A stretch of 64,000 nucleotides of DNA from Macrostomum lignano (Eukaryota). The DNA is taken from contig NIVC01000665.1 in NCBI GenBank assembly GCA_002269645.1, forward strand, positions 124,001 to 188,000, given 5' to 3'. The notes under the pieces are model-generated. The model worked only from the letters and a program-made list of their open reading frames with translations, was not told the origin of the DNA and ran no database searches. Positions 24,201 through 37,406 of the stretch are shown piece by piece. A program made the translations under genes and the position numbers. Position 1 is the stretch's first letter; the number at the start of each line of letters is the position of its first letter.

Positions 24201-27200
24201 GATCTGGGAGGCTGGCCCAGCAACTGAGGATCTGGGAGGCTGGCCCAGCAACTGACACTCTGGGAGCCACTGATTCTCACCTGCAGCCTGGCGCCGCCGA
24301 CCTCCATGATGCGGCTGTCCAGCTGGGCCACCTCGGTCTCGGCTTTGCCAGCCGCATCGCTGCTGGTTTTCTGCTCAGCTTCGGCGGTCTCCAGCCGCTG
24401 CCGCAGTTTGTCCAGCGCCTTGGCGTCCGGCTCCGCTTCGGCCGCGCGCCGTTCAGCGTCGGCCAGGACTTCGCGCGCCGCTCGACGCCGTTCGCCTAGA
24501 CGGGCGACTTCGCGCTCGACAGCGTCGGAATTGCGCGCCAGCTGTCGCAGATCCCGCTCCAAGCCGGCGATGGTTTCGCCTAGGCGGGCCCGCTCGTCTC
24601 GCAGGCCGTTGAGCTGGGCGGTCAGGTCCGCCAGGCGCTTCTCGGCCTCCTGGGCGGACTCCTCGCCGCCTGAGCCGGCCGCGGCGGCCATGGCGGAGCC
24701 GCCGACTGTGGAGGCGTCCAAGTTGACGCGGGTGCCGATGCGGCCTCTGCGGATTTTGTGTTGGTAAACGGCGGGAGTAAACTATTACTAAAAGTGATTC
24801 GTCAGCTAATTAGAGTTGTTACACAGAGTTTATTATCAGAGTTTATTACACACCTTGTCGGCCGGCCACCGCCGCTCATTGTTCCGGACAGTTCGATAAG
24901 CCCGCCCTGCTCGGACACGACCCGGTATCTGGGCGTACCGTAGGCCACCCGGGTGGCCTCGTCCAGATCCTTGGCAACCAGGGTGTCGCGGATGGCATAA
25001 TAGAACGCATTTCGAACCTTGGGATCGGGCACCTGCAGCAGGTCGAATAGGCGGGGAATTGGCGCGTTGCAGCGTTTGGAAGACTCGGCGGCCCACTGCT
25101 CCATCTTGTCCAGGGCGATGAACGTGGCCGTGCCGATGCGCTGCTCCTTGAGAAACCTTACGCAGGCCTCGCCTGTGGCGATCGTGTCCACCACGATGTC
25201 GTCTAGGGGACCGCATGCCGTGCTCATGGCCACGTCGTAGCTGCCGGCGGGATGGATTGCGGTGGGATTGTGGCTGAGCGATCATGGGGATCTGGGATGT
25301 TTGTTCATGGGATCTGGGATGTTTGTTCATGGGGATCTGGGATGTTTGTTCATGGGGATCTGGGATGTTTGTTCATAGGGATCTGGGATGTTTGTTCATG
25401 GGGATCTGGGATGTTTGTTCATGGGGATCTGGGATATTTGTTCATGGGGATCTGGGATGTTTGTTCATGGGGATCTGGGATGTTTGTTCATGGGGATCTG
25501 GGATGTTTGTTCATGGGGATCTGGAAGGGTTGTTCATGGGGATCTGGGAGGGTTGTTCATGGGGATCTGGGATGTTTGTTCATGGGGATCTGGAAGGGTT
25601 GTTCATGGGGATCTGGGAGGGTTGTTCATGGGGATCTGGGAGGGTTGTTCATGGGGATCTGGGATGTTTGTTCATGGGGATCTGGGAGGGTTGTGACTCA
25701 TCATGGGGATCTGGGATGTTTGTTCATGGGGATCTGGGATGTTTGTTCATGGGGATCTGGGAGGGTTGTTCATGGGGATCTGGGATGTTTGTTCATGGGG
25801 AGCTGGGATGTTTGTTCATGGGATCTGGGATGTTTGTTCATGGGGATCTGGGATGTTTGTTCATGGGATCTGGGATGTTTGTTCATGGGGATCTGGGAGG
25901 GTTGTTCATAGGGATCTGGGATGTTTGTTCATGGGGATCTGGGATGTTTGTTCATGGGGATCTGGGATGTTTGTTCATGGGGATCTGGGATGTTTGTTCA
26001 TGGGGATCTGGGATGTTTGTTCATGGGGATCTGGGATGTTTGTTCATGGGGATCTGGGATGTTTGTTCATGGGGATCTGGGAGGGTTGTTCATAGGGATC
26101 TGGGATGTTTGTTCATGGGGATCTGGGAGGGTTGTTCATGGGGATCTGGGATGTTTGTTCATGGGGATCTGGGATGTTTGTTCATGGGGATCTGGGATGT
26201 TTGTTCATGGGATCTGGGATGTTTGTTCATGGGGATCTGGGAGGGTTGTTCATAGGGATCTGGGATGTTTGTTCATGGGGATCTGGGATGTTTGTTCATG
26301 GGGATCTGGGATGTTTGTTCATGGGGATCTGGGAGGGTTGTTCATAGGGATCTGGGATGTTTGTTCATGGGGATCTGGGAGGGTTGTTCATGGGGATCTG
26401 GGATGTTTGTTCATGGGGATCTGGGATGTTTGTTTTTAGGGATCTGGGATGTTTGTTCATGGGGATCTGGGATGTTTGTTCATGGGGATCTGGGATGTTT
26501 GTTCATGGGGATCTGGGAGGGTTGTTCATGGGGATCTGGGATGTTTGTTCATGGGGATCTGGGATGTTTGTTCATGGGGATCTGGGATGTTTGTTCATGG
26601 GGATCTGGGAGGGTTGTTCATGGGGATCTGGGAGGGTTGTTCATGGGGATCTGGGAGGGTTGTTCATGGGGATCTGGGAGGGTTGTGGCTCATCATGGGG
26701 ATCTGGGAGGGTTGTGGCTCATCATGGGGATCTGGGAGGGTTGTGGCTCATCAAGGGGATCTGGGAGGGTTGTGGCTCATCATGGGGATCTGGGAGGGTT
26801 GTGGCTCATCAAGGGGATCTGGGAGGGTTGTGACTCATCATGGGGATCTGGGAGGGTTGTGACTCATCATGGGGATCTGGGAGGGTTGTGGCTCATCATG
26901 GGGATCTGGGATGTTTGTTCATGGGGATCTGGGATGTTTGTTCATGGGGATCTGGGATATTTGTTCATGGGGATCTGGGATGTTTGTTCATGGGGATCTG
27001 GGATGTTTGTTCATGGGGATCTGGGATGTTTGTTCATGGGGATCTGGGAGGGTTGTTCATGGGGATCTGGGAGGGTTGTTCATGGGGATCTGGGAGGGTT
27101 GTTCATGGGGATCTGGGAGGGTTGTGGCTCATCATGGGGATCTGGGAGGGTTGTGGCTCATCATGGGGATCTGGGAGGGTTGTGGCTCATCAAGGGGATC

Positions 27201-30200
27201 TGGGAGGGTTGTGGCTCATCATGGGGATCTGGGAGGGTTGTGGCTCATCAAGGGGATCTGGGAGGGTTGTGACTCATCATGGGGATCTGGGAGGGTTGTG
27301 ACTCATCATGGGGATCTGGGAGGGTTGTGGCTCATCATGGGGATCTGGGAGGGTTGTTCATGGGGATCTGGGAGGGTTGTTCATGGGGATCTGGGAGGGT
27401 TGTTCATGGGGATCTGGGAGGGTTGTGGCTCATCATGGGGATCTGGGAGGGTTGTTTATGGGGATCTGGGAGGGTTGTTCATGGGGATCTGGGAGGGTTG
27501 TGGCTCATCATGGAGATCTGGGAGGGTTGTGGCTCAGCATGGGGATCTGGGAGGGTTGTGACTCATCATGGGGATCTGGGAGGGTTGTGGCTCATCATGG
27601 GGATCTGGGAGGGTTGTGACTAATCATGGGGATCTGGGAGGGTTGTGGCTCAGCATGGGGATCTAGGAGGCTGTGGCTTTTATTCACTGATGAAACTCCT
27701 CACCGCTCATCGATGGCGCCCAGGTCGCCCAGCCTGCCGCGCACTCCGGTGAATCTGCCGCGCTTCTTCTGCTCCAGCAGAGCCTGCAGCACCCGGCTCT
27801 GGCTGCGCTGCTCCAGCTGCCGTCTAGCTTCATCAACTCGCACTCGAAGCCCGCGCGCCTCTTCAGCTAAGCCAGCCTCCCGCTGCTGCAGGGCAGCCTC
27901 ATCTCGCCGAGCACGTTCCAGACTCTTCTGCATCTCGGGAGTCTCCTTGGCGGCCCGATCTCTGATGGCGGTCTTCTCGGCCAGGGCCCGTTCCACCCCG
28001 TCGGCATCCTGCTTCGCGGCATCCAGGCGCTGCAGAGCTCGGGTCTGGCCGCTCAGGAGGATGTCCAGCTCCGTGCGGGCCATGTCTCTGGCTGACCGCT
28101 TGGCGTTGGCGTCTTTCTGCAGGTCGGCCAGCTGGCGCTCGGCGACGACCTTCTCGGCTCGGAGATCTTTGGTCTCCGCCTCGATGGCGTTGAGGGCCGT
28201 TTGCCTGCGAGGGTTTGCAGGCAGTGCAGACTCGAAGGTGAAAAGATGCTACTTCAAGTAGGAGGAGCAAAAATAACACTTATTTAGGGATGATTCTCAT
28301 GCTGATTTAGAGATGATTCTCATGCTGATTTTGGGATGATTCTCATGCTGATTTAGGGATGATTCTCATGCTGATTTAGGGATGACTCTCATGCTGATTT
28401 AGGGATGATTCTCATGCTGATTTAGGGATGATTCTCATGCTGATTTAGAGATGATTCTCATGCTGATTTAGGGATGATTCTCATGCTGATTTAGAGATGA
28501 TTCTCATGCTGATTTAGGGATGATTCTCATGCTGATTTAGGGATGATTCTCATGCTGATTTAGAGATGATTCTCATGCTGATTTAGAGATGATTCTCATG
28601 CTGATTTAGAGATAATTCTCATGCTGATTTAGGGATGATTCTCATGCTGATTTAGGGATGATTCTCATGCTGATTTAGGGATGACTCTCATGCTGATTTA
28701 GGGATGATTCTCATGCTGATTTAGGGATGATTCTCATGCTGATTTAGGGATGATTCTCATGCTGATTTAGGGATGATTCTCATGCTGATTTTGGGATGAT
28801 TCTCATGCTGATTTAGGGATGATTCTCATGCTGATTTAGGGATGACTCTCATGCTGATTTAGGGATGATTCTCATGCTGATTTAGGGATGATTCTCATGC
28901 TGATTTAGGGATGACTCTCATGCTGATTTAGGGATGATTCTCTTGCTGATTCAGCTCACCTATTGGCCTCCTCTTCCACTCGCTGCTTCTCCAACTCGAC
29001 CAGTTTCTCAGCCAGCTCAGCCAGTCGCTTCTCCGCATCCTCGGGAGCCCGCTTCAGCTCCTCGATCTTGCTGGCCTCCTCCTCAGCCAGGCGCACAGTC
29101 TTCTTACCCTGCGCTTTCATCCGCTTGTACTCTTCGCGCAGACTGGCGTCTTCCACCTCCAGGGCGGTGAATTTCTCCTTAGTAACCGTATAGATCGTCT
29201 GCTGCTCCTGGTAGGCCTTCACAATTTCTTTGTTCTCTTCAACTTTGCGTTTAGATTGCTGCTTGGCTTCCTGCAGTTTGGCCAGTGCCGCGTCCAGCTC
29301 ACTCTGGCGCTGCTCCTGCTCACCTCGCATGCTGTCGATGGTGGCGGCGCATTCACGGCGATAGATTTGAAATAGGATGTTCTTCTTACTCACAATCTGA
29401 TTGCACAGGCGCAGGTATTGCAGGGCTTTGTCACGCTCGCCTTGCAGATCCGCTTTCTGCTTCTCTACGGCCTTCACCTGTGAATTGTGAATGCGTTCTG
29501 GTTTATGAGTACCTAATTAACAGGTGTAGGTTGTGAGTAGCTAATTAACAGGTGTAGGTTGTGAGTAGCTAATCAACAGGTGTAGGTTGTGAGTAGCTAA
29601 TTAACAGGTGTAGGTTGTGAGTAGCTAATTAACAGGTGTAGGTTATGAGTAGCTAATTAACAGGTGTAGGTTATGAGTAGCTAATTAACAGGTGTAGGTT
29701 ATGAGTAGCTAATTAACAGGTGTAGGTTATGAGTAGCTAATTAACAGGTGTAGGTTATGAGTAGCTAATTAACAGGTGTAGGTTATGAGTAGCTAATTAA
29801 CATGTGTAGGTTATGAGTAGCTAATTAACAGGTGTAGGTTATGAGTAGCTAATTAACAGGTGTAGGTTATGAGTAGCTAATTAACAGGTGTAGGTTATGA
29901 GTAGCTAATTAACAGGTGTAGGTTATGAGTAGCTAATTAACAGGTGTAGGTTATGAGTAGCTAATTAACATGTGTAGGTTATGAGTAGCTAATTAACAGG
30001 TGTAGGTTGTGAGTAGCTAATTAACAGGTGTAGGTTGTGAGTAGCTAATTAACAGGGAGTAGGTTATGAGTAGCTATTTAACAGGGAGTAGGTTATGAGT
30101 AGCTTATAAACAGAGAGTGTCATTACCTGGTTGACCTTCTCCAGTCTGAGGTCATTAAGCGCATCGATGCGTCTGACAATTCTAGTGAGTGGATTTTTAA

Positions 30201-30592
30201 AACGCGAACTGCCGATGATGTCCTCGAGGTACTCCAGCAGGCCTTCTTCGTGCTCGTTCGGGGCGATGGGCTTCATCAGTGAGATCTGCTCCACTTCGCC
30301 CTGGATTGTTACATTAGTGATTAAACTTACGAATATGGCTTATAGGGGTTTATGGCTTATGGCTTAGGGGTTTATGGCTTAAAAACTTTAGCACTGCAAC
30401 TAGTTATTGAAAATCCTGTGAGAATATCTGTTTGTTAAACCGAATCTCTATTAGGATATATTCATTCATCTATGCGCAAAAATGTCTGCATCTATCCAGG
30501 GCCTGTCTGTCTGTGTTGCCTGCCTGTCTGTCTGTCTGTCTGTCTGCCTGTCTGTCTGTCTGCCTGTCTGTCTGTCTGTCTATCCGCCTGCC

Positions 30593-30625
<33 letters not shown>

Positions 30626-32416
30626 GCCTGCCTGTCTGTCGGTCTGCCTGTCTGTCTGCCTGTCTGCCTGTCTGTCTGTCTGCCTGTCTGTCTGTCTGTC
30701 TATCCGCCTGCCTGTCTGTCTGTCTGTCTGTCTGTCTGTCTGCCTGCCTGTCTGTCGGTCTGCCTGTCTGTCTGCCTGTCTGTCTGCCTGTCTGTCTGCC
30801 TGTCTGTCTGTCTGTCTGTCTGCCTGTATGTATGTCCAAGCCAGCAGACCTGCAGGATGAGGAAGCGGTTGTGAGTGAGGTCGATCCCCACTCGCATGAG
30901 CAGCTCGGCCACTTTCTTATACTCGTGCCGCCGCCCATTGACAGCGTAGTAGGAGGCGTTGTCCTTGAAGGCGGTCCTGGCCACGCTGAACTGCGAGCCT
31001 TCGACAATGTCGTAGCCGCCGTCTTCTCGATCCACCACGCGCTGGAAGTGGATCTCCACGGTGCAGCTGTCGATGGCGGCGAAGTTCTCGCTGGAGTGAA
31101 TCAAGGAAGACAGCTTCTTGGAGCGGATCTTCGAGGCGCGGTAGCCGAACACGAACAGCATGGAGTCGATGACGTTGGACTTGCCGCTGCCGTTGGGGCC
31201 GACAATGGCGGTGAAGTTCTGGTGGAACGGGCCGAGGATTCGCTCGCCGGCGTAGGATTTGAAATTGCGGTTCACAATCTGGCTGATCATGAGGCGGGCT
31301 CGGCCCTGCGGATGGGGAAACGGCATCGCAGCATTGATCACGGAACTCTGGATTGCAGGGGATTCTTGGAGTGGGAGAGCTACAGGGGATTTTGGGGATT
31401 GGGATTCTTGGAGTGGGACAGCTACTGGGAGTTTGGGGATTGGGATTCTTGGAGTGACAGCTACTGAGGATTTTGGGGATATTTTGGGAATCAGGATTCT
31501 TGGAGTGGGAGAGCTACTGGGGATTTTTGGAATTGGGATTCTTGGAGTGGGAGAGCTACAGGGGATTTTGGGGATTGGGATTCTTGGAGTGGGAGAGCTA
31601 CTGGGATTTTGGGGATTGGGATTCTTGGAGTGGGAGAGCTACTGGCGATTTTTGGGATTGGGATTCTTGGAGTGGGAGAGCTACAGGGGATTTTGGGGAT
31701 TGGGATTCTTGGAGTGGGAGAGCTACAGGGGATTTTGGGGATTGGGATTCTTGGAGTGGGAGAGCTACTGGGATTTTGGGGATTGGGATTCTTGGAGTGG
31801 GACAGCTACAGGGGATTTTGGGGATTGGGATTCTTGGAGTGGGAGAGCTACTGGGATTTTGGGGATTGGGATTCTTGGAGTGAGACAGCTACTGGCGATT
31901 TTGGGGATATTTTTGGGATTGGGATTCTTGGAGTGGGAGAGCTACAGGAGATTTTGGGGATTGGGATTCTTGGAGTGGGAGAGCTACTGGGATTTTGGGG
32001 ATTGGGATTCTTGGAGTGGGACAGCTACAGGGGATTTTGGGGATAGGGATTCTTGGAGTGGGAGAGCTATTGGGATTTTGAGAATATTTTGGGGATTGAG
32101 ATTCTTGGAGTTTGGGGAGTTAACTGCGATCCAAAAATTGGGATGCAGAGCTGAGACTTCTGATATAGCGAGAACTGTGATATACAAACTTCTGAACTGA
32201 ATGAATGCTGAACTTCTGATATAGCAAGGCATATGCAAAATCATATTCTCTCAAATTTCCCAAACGCACCTGCTCTTCTCCAGTCATAGGCAAATCTGCA
32301 GGCTTAGGCGGAATCACCAGCGGCGCCAGGTTCATGAGGTCCTGCTCAGTTTCCAATCGTTCATCATCGCTGCCGCCTCTGGCATGATGATCTGGGTCAT
32401 CTGCTTGGTCGGTCAT
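21286..32416 (-). CDS. SMC4: Structural maintenance of chromosomes protein 4 (condensin SMC4), 10 exons
   Basis: Exons 32416-32270, 31347-30850, 30300-30127, 29477-28960, 28204-27704, 25240-24854, 24746-24281, 23697-23599, 23500-22163, 21762-21286. Walker A GPNGSGKSN; hinge GRLGDLGAIDERYDVAMST; signature LSGGEKTLSSLAL; Walker B YFMDEIDAALD; SMC4-specific RPPKKSWK. Confidence 0.97.
21839..22090 (+). mobile_element. hAT-derived relic with a short CT-rich tract, SMC4 last intron
   Basis: Begins CAGGGGTCGGCAAAC. Core CCTCGGGTCCTTTGAAACTTCACAATA...GGCCCGCTCA is shared with 61679-61750. Confidence 0.55.
23750..24265. repeat. 28-bp minisatellite of the same family as 7480-8620, SMC4 intron 7
   Basis: Same consensus and the same ACTGACACTCTGGGAG variant. 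Confidence 0.95.
25278..27670. repeat. 23/29-bp minisatellite (CATGGGGATCTGGGATGTTTGTT / CATGGGGATCTGGGAGGGTTGTGGCTCAT), SMC4 intron 5
   Basis: Read directly. Confidence 0.95.
28283..28950. repeat. 23-bp minisatellite (GGGATGATTCTCATGCTGATTTA), SMC4 intron 4
   Basis: Read directly. Confidence 0.95.
29505..30105. repeat. 28-bp minisatellite (GAGTAGCTAATTAACAGGTGTAGGTTAT), SMC4 intron 3
   Basis: Read directly. Confidence 0.95.
30503..30825. repeat. (TCTG/CCTG)n microsatellite, SMC4 intron 2
   Basis: Read directly. Confidence 0.95.
31358..32115. repeat. 41/42-bp G-rich minisatellite (GGGATTCTTGGAGTGGGAGAGCTACAGGGGATTTTGGGGATT), SMC4 intron 1
   Basis: Read directly. Confidence 0.93.
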
Positions 32417-33979
32417 TGGGACCTGACTTCAGCTGCAGTTGAAATTGGATTTCTTAAGGAATGAAACCTGAATTTAAGTGCATAAATTCTAAGCCATTCT
32501 ATAAAAATTCTACTAATGTGCCAAGTAGAATAAGCATATTTTAAGCTTTTATAATCATAATTATATCACAAAGTGAGATTCTAGGCCACATAAATATTTA
32601 AGATTCTTTAACTATAAGAGTTAGTAGTCAAGTTCTATTTCTTTTCTTTTTCTTCAAATAGAAGAATAATTATAACTATATTATAAAATAACTAATTATA
32701 TATGATAATAAAAAAACTTTTTGTATCTTAAGTATTCAAAAAATGTAATATGTTTTGCCTATTAGTCAGTACTTAGTATGATGATTTATTTCCAAATATT
32801 TTTTGTTATCACTTTTTATTCAACCAATTTCTATGCCCTATATATTATCTTTTAGTTTTTATCCCATTTATTGATAAATAACTAGAATAGCATAAACTTT
32901 TGCAAAAATACCTAAAAAAGTTAACCTTAACCTTAGGTCCAAAATGTATTAAGAAAACTGTATTTTTTGCTACTTTTGCTATAAACTAATGTATTTGATT
33001 TTTTCTTTTTGTAGTAGACAATTTACTATATTGAAAGTTATTTTCTAATTGAAAGCAACAAAGCTAGATTAAAAATAAAAACAATAATGGGAAAAAAAAT
33101 AAATTCTTTTAGTTTATTGGCTTTGACTATTATAAATGGAATGAGTTTTTGGCTTGAACTTTTTATTTTTATATTAAAAAATTCATGTTAGAAGCCTAGA
33201 CTCTGGAAGGTTACATATATGCTGGAAAATTCTGGCGTACAAATGACCCCTTTCAAAGTTGGTGTACAAATTTTGGCATACAATTTTTGGCACATAAATT
33301 CATGCCAATTTTTTGCATACCAATTTTGGTAAATAAATTCATGCCATACATGAAAATTGTAATGTAAATTAAGGTTTTACATAAAATAAAGGAAAATTTA
33401 TATAGTCTAGAAAGTCAGGGATAAACTTTTTGCTTTTTAAAAATAGAAAAAATAGAGTTAGTACAAATTATTGCTAAGAATGTAAATTTTGCATTATTAT
33501 TTTTGTAGGTATAAGTTAAGTTTGTTTAAAATGAAAATATCTGTAATATTTTAAAAAGACTTTTCATAGAAAAGCCTTTCTTAGGAACCTCTACTTGTGA
33601 AAACAGAATGACCTTTTTAGGAAGAGTTTTTGGTATACATTTTAGGGAATTTTTTTGTTTTTGATGTATACTGGCATACATTTAGCTAAGATGGGATTCT
33701 TGTTCTGGTGTACACTACTACACAATCCTGACCCTGGATAGTATAGTATTTTTGTCTAGTCAATTTAGATAGGCCTAAACAATAAAAATTAGAGCATATA
33801 CTCATAGAACAAACAAACAAAATATTAAATACTTATAGGCCTAACACTTATAGATAACAACTTAAATATAACTATAAAATTATAACTTAAAAGCTTAGGC
33901 TAGGGCCTAATATAAAAAGTATATTATAGGCCTAGCCTAAGCAAGGCTAGGCACTTAGGCTAAGTGCTAGCCAATACTA

Positions 33980-34869
33980 CGAGGGGTGATCAAAAAGTTC
34001 TGCAAGTGACCTCACAACTCAGTGTTACAGAAGCCACAGCATCTAATCAATGTCATTCCCTCAAAGTACTTTCCACCACTATCTATGCACCATTGCAATG
34101 CGTCTGCACCAAGTCTGAAAGCAGTCATGGTACTCCAAAGTTGGTATACCCTATAGAGCTGAATTTACCACTTGGGCAAGGTCTTGTATATGTGAAAACG
34201 GCCTCTGTTTATCATTGAAACTGTCCCAGCCTTCTAAGAAATGGCGCAGCCAGTGGGCAACCATGTCAAATAATGGAGCAAAGTCAGCTAAAACATCCAC
34301 TAGATCAGTATGAATCTCAGTCACTTTGCAACCAAGTTGCATGTACATAAAGATATAGAAGCAAACACTGTCTTTTAATGTTTCCATCAGCTACTGAAAG
34401 CACATGGAAAAAAGATAGCTATGAAATTTGACTAGAACACATTTGGAAGCCAAAAATGCATATAAATATAGTAAATAGATATAGCCCATATGTGTAAATT
34501 TTTGACTTTTGCCAATTCTGTAACTAAAAGCTATAACAAAAGGTTGCAGAACTTTTTGATTGGCAATGGCTAGAGTTCCGGCACCGGAACCCATTTTCTA
34601 ACGGCTACAGATCCGGCAGTACCATTATAATATAGATGGAACATTATATTTTTCTTTCTACAGGTGGCTGATATTGAGATTTTGTTCTAGATTAAAATTT
34701 AAGACGATATGATAAGATTTGGGACAAGATGCTTCTAATATTCAGACTTCTTAAGATATGTTCTTAGCAGTCTTTATATGCTTCTATATGGCGCTGCCAG
34801 ATCCCTAGCTGTTAGAAAATGGGTTCCAATGCCGGAACTCTAGCCATTACCCTTTTTGATCACTTCTCG
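33980..34869 (-). mobile_element. Degenerate Tc1/mariner element (internally deleted)
   Basis: TA-flanked TIRs: TACGAGGGGTGATCAAAAAGTTCTGCAA on the left, and the right TIR matches 26/28 once the nested MITE is removed. The minus strand encodes CIDSGGKYFEG, resembling the mariner transposase C-terminus. Confidence 0.75.
34561..34851. mobile_element. MITE with ~55-bp TIRs and a 9-bp TSD (Mutator-like), nested in the mariner right TIR
   Basis: TIR GGCAATGGCTAGAGTTCCGGCACCGGAACCCATTTTCTAAC... is inverted at 34795-34851. TSD CTTTTTGAT at 34552-34560 and 34852-34860. Confidence 0.8.
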
Positions 34870-36644
34870 TATAGCTTCTGAGCTTATTAGCTTAGCAGTA
34901 GCATTGATTTATATATAAGATAATATATTATAAATAACAATAGTCAATAAGGTAATCTCCTAGTTTACATGAATTCTTTTCAGTTTTTTTACATAGAGAT
35001 GGTTAGAACAGATGGAATAGGCCTAAAAGTAGTAGGCACATTATAAATGTCAGGTAAGTCAGATCAGCTAATAATATTAGGCCTAAGTGAACCACCCAAT
35101 AGGGGCCTACAATAAGTTTTTAAAGACTTTTCCTAGAAATAGGCGGCGCCATAGTAGGCTCCCATGTTTTCTAAATACATCTTCTAAACCTGTGGCTCCG
35201 CTGCTCCAGTAGCCCTGTAGGTTGATGTCGATGTCAATGAGCTCGGTGGTTGGCCTCATATCAGCTTTAGTTTAGGGACGATTGTGGTTAGGCCTAGTTC
35301 TCTCACTTCTCTGGGCCTTCTAGCCATTGCAAAGTCGGCAAATTAACTGTAAAGTAAAAAACGAAAAAGAATTAACAGTAAACTAGATTGCCATTAATAT
35401 TAGGTTCTGAGACTATGCTGACTAGGCCTACCTAGGTTTACCAACTTAATTTTTATACTTTCCTTAGCAGCTTAGGCCTTAGTAGCAGCTTAGCTATAAA
35501 TTTTTTGCTAACCTACTTGGATTGACGGCATTCAAAGAATGAGCACCATGCAACTTTTGGCTGTTCCCAAGGATCAAATCCGTCATTTCTGGGAGGCCGT
35601 TTTCACACATACAAGACCTTGCCCAAGCGGTTATTCATCCATTAAAATCTTGTAGAGGTTCGGTTCGGTTCGGACTAAATTGAATTTTAGTTTATATTAA
35701 ATTAAATTTCGTTTTTTTGTTACAATTTTAACAAAACGATATTACTAACGAAAAAATTATACTGCGCATTTTTGCAATTTAACCAAATGATCCATCCTAC
35801 TCGCAAATCTAAGCTAGGCCTACGCTGATCGTTTATAACTGGATAAAAACTTCTATGCAAAATCTCTGAAAATCGCTATATAGAAATAATAGACTGAGTA
35901 TTCGTAAACATGGAATTAGCGTGGTAGATTAAAGCCTTCCTCCCTTAAAAAATACTCTTTTAGCATTAAGAATTAAGATTCATCCTTTTGATGGCCTAAA
36001 GCAGAATTTGATTGGCTTGGCTTCGTCTCTGTCAGTAAACGCGAAACGGCCTCGAGTCATTTTCGGCTATAAGGCAAATAATAAATAAGTAGGAATTAAT
36101 ACATGCATACTTTATACACTTAGCATTTTTGATTGATCCAAGTTCTAGAGCTTAATGCAGATTGGTTCTTGAAATGATTCTTAGCTGGCAAAAAGGAATT
36201 GTTTTAAAAGTGCCTATTGATTTCCAGTTCTCAATCGACGATTATAAGCCACTCGAGTTTCTTTTCGATCTTTTATCAATTGTTTGCACATACTTTTTGT
36301 ATCAGGCCATAAATCAATTTTCGTAAAGCTATATATAACTGTATGTTACTTACTTACATGTATTTATCAAGGCATATGCAGTGCATCTACATGTATGTAA
36401 GGATTTGGTTATATGGAGTTTGTAGGGGTAAGAACTTATACAGTAATTACTGGTACTACGAGCTACATGTAGATAGCAGTTCGATATAGTGGGTTGGGAG
36501 ACCAGCAGCCAATAGCAGGGATGATCATGACCAACAGCTAGGCATCTAAAATGCACATCTCTCTGTAAATTACGGAGTTATATATAGTTTCGTGGCAGGA
36601 GTTGCAGTTATCAGCGTAGAATCAATCTGAATTCCATAATAGCC

Positions 36645-37406
36645 ATGCACTCTACGAATCTATTGTCCATGGTAACAGCGCTACTACTAGCTGCTGCTGC
36701 TGCAGCTGGGGAGCAGGCTTGCAAACAAAGATTCACTCTGATTGACGGCTTCCTGTGCATTAAAAGTCGGTTTGTTCATGCATTTAACGAAGTGACTTCT
36801 GAGCAGCAGTGCGCAATTCTGTGCTGGGCCAGGGAGCAATGCCGGGCATTCAGCCTGTCCAACGGTCCATGTCAGTTGTATCTATTCGACAAGTGTAGCA
36901 AGTCTGTGAAAGACTGCGGATGCTCGAGGCGAGGCCGGGTGTTCGTGAAGCAGCAGCCTGGACTGCCAGCGGGACTGCTTTGTCCGCCCGGATACGGAGA
37001 CGACCTGTGCGGAGTGAAGTACAGAGTCTATAAAAACTTGGATAGATCGTGGTTGAAGAGTCGAGAGAAGTGCGAGTCAGACAGCGGTCTGGTGATCATG
37101 GCGGACGTGACGAGCTCGGTAGAGATGAAGCACGTGGAATCGATGTATTCTCTGCACGCTGGCGGCAACACAATGTGGCTGGGAGGCCTCCAGGAGCCAG
37201 GAAGCGTCGAGCCGAAAGACGGCTGGTACTGGGTCGGCTGCAACATCACCGTAGACAACAGCCTTTGGAACTACAATGAGCCGAACGACAACACTCCCAA
37301 CGAAAATGTAATCGTAATGCATCCGGGTTATAGTAAATTGGTTGACATACGCGACAACGTCAATGCTAACAGGCTGTTGTGCGAATGCGTTTCACCATTT
37401 GACTGA
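36645..37406 (+). CDS. Secreted PAN/apple-like + C-type lectin domain protein, single exon
   Basis: Signal peptide (MHSTNLLSMVTALLLAAAAAAG). PAN-type C...CAILCWAREQCRAF...C. CTLD features: CPPGY, SWLKSREKCES, WLGG, WNYNEPND, LLCEC. Confidence 0.85.
   Translation: MHSTNLLSMVTALLLAAAAAAGEQACKQRFTLIDGFLCIKSRFVHAFNEVTSEQQCAILCWAREQCRAFSLSNGPCQLYLFDKCSKSVKDCGCSRRGRVFVKQQPGLPAGLLCPPGYGDDLCGVKYRVYKNLDRSWLKSREKCESDSGLVIMADVTSSVEMKHVESMYSLHAGGNTMWLGGLQEPGSVEPKDGWYWVGCNITVDNSLWNYNEPNDNTPNENVIVMHPGYSKLVDIRDNVNANRLLCECVSPFD

Noticed and set aside
22151-24943. Plus-strand ORFs over SMC4 exons (and similar antisense ORFs over other genes)
   Set aside because: Shadow ORFs of GC-rich coding sequence with no independent homology.
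25252-27623. Stack of GIWDVCSW ORFs
   Set aside because: Translations of the 23/29-bp array in SMC4 intron 5.
28283-28950. TTAGGG once per 23-bp unit (interstitial telomere?)
   Set aside because: Hexamers are isolated, never tandem; probably incidental.
35180-35640. Exon-like GC-moderate segments with splice-like signals on the minus strand
   Set aside because: Stops in all frames and no recognisable protein; part matches the mariner interior.
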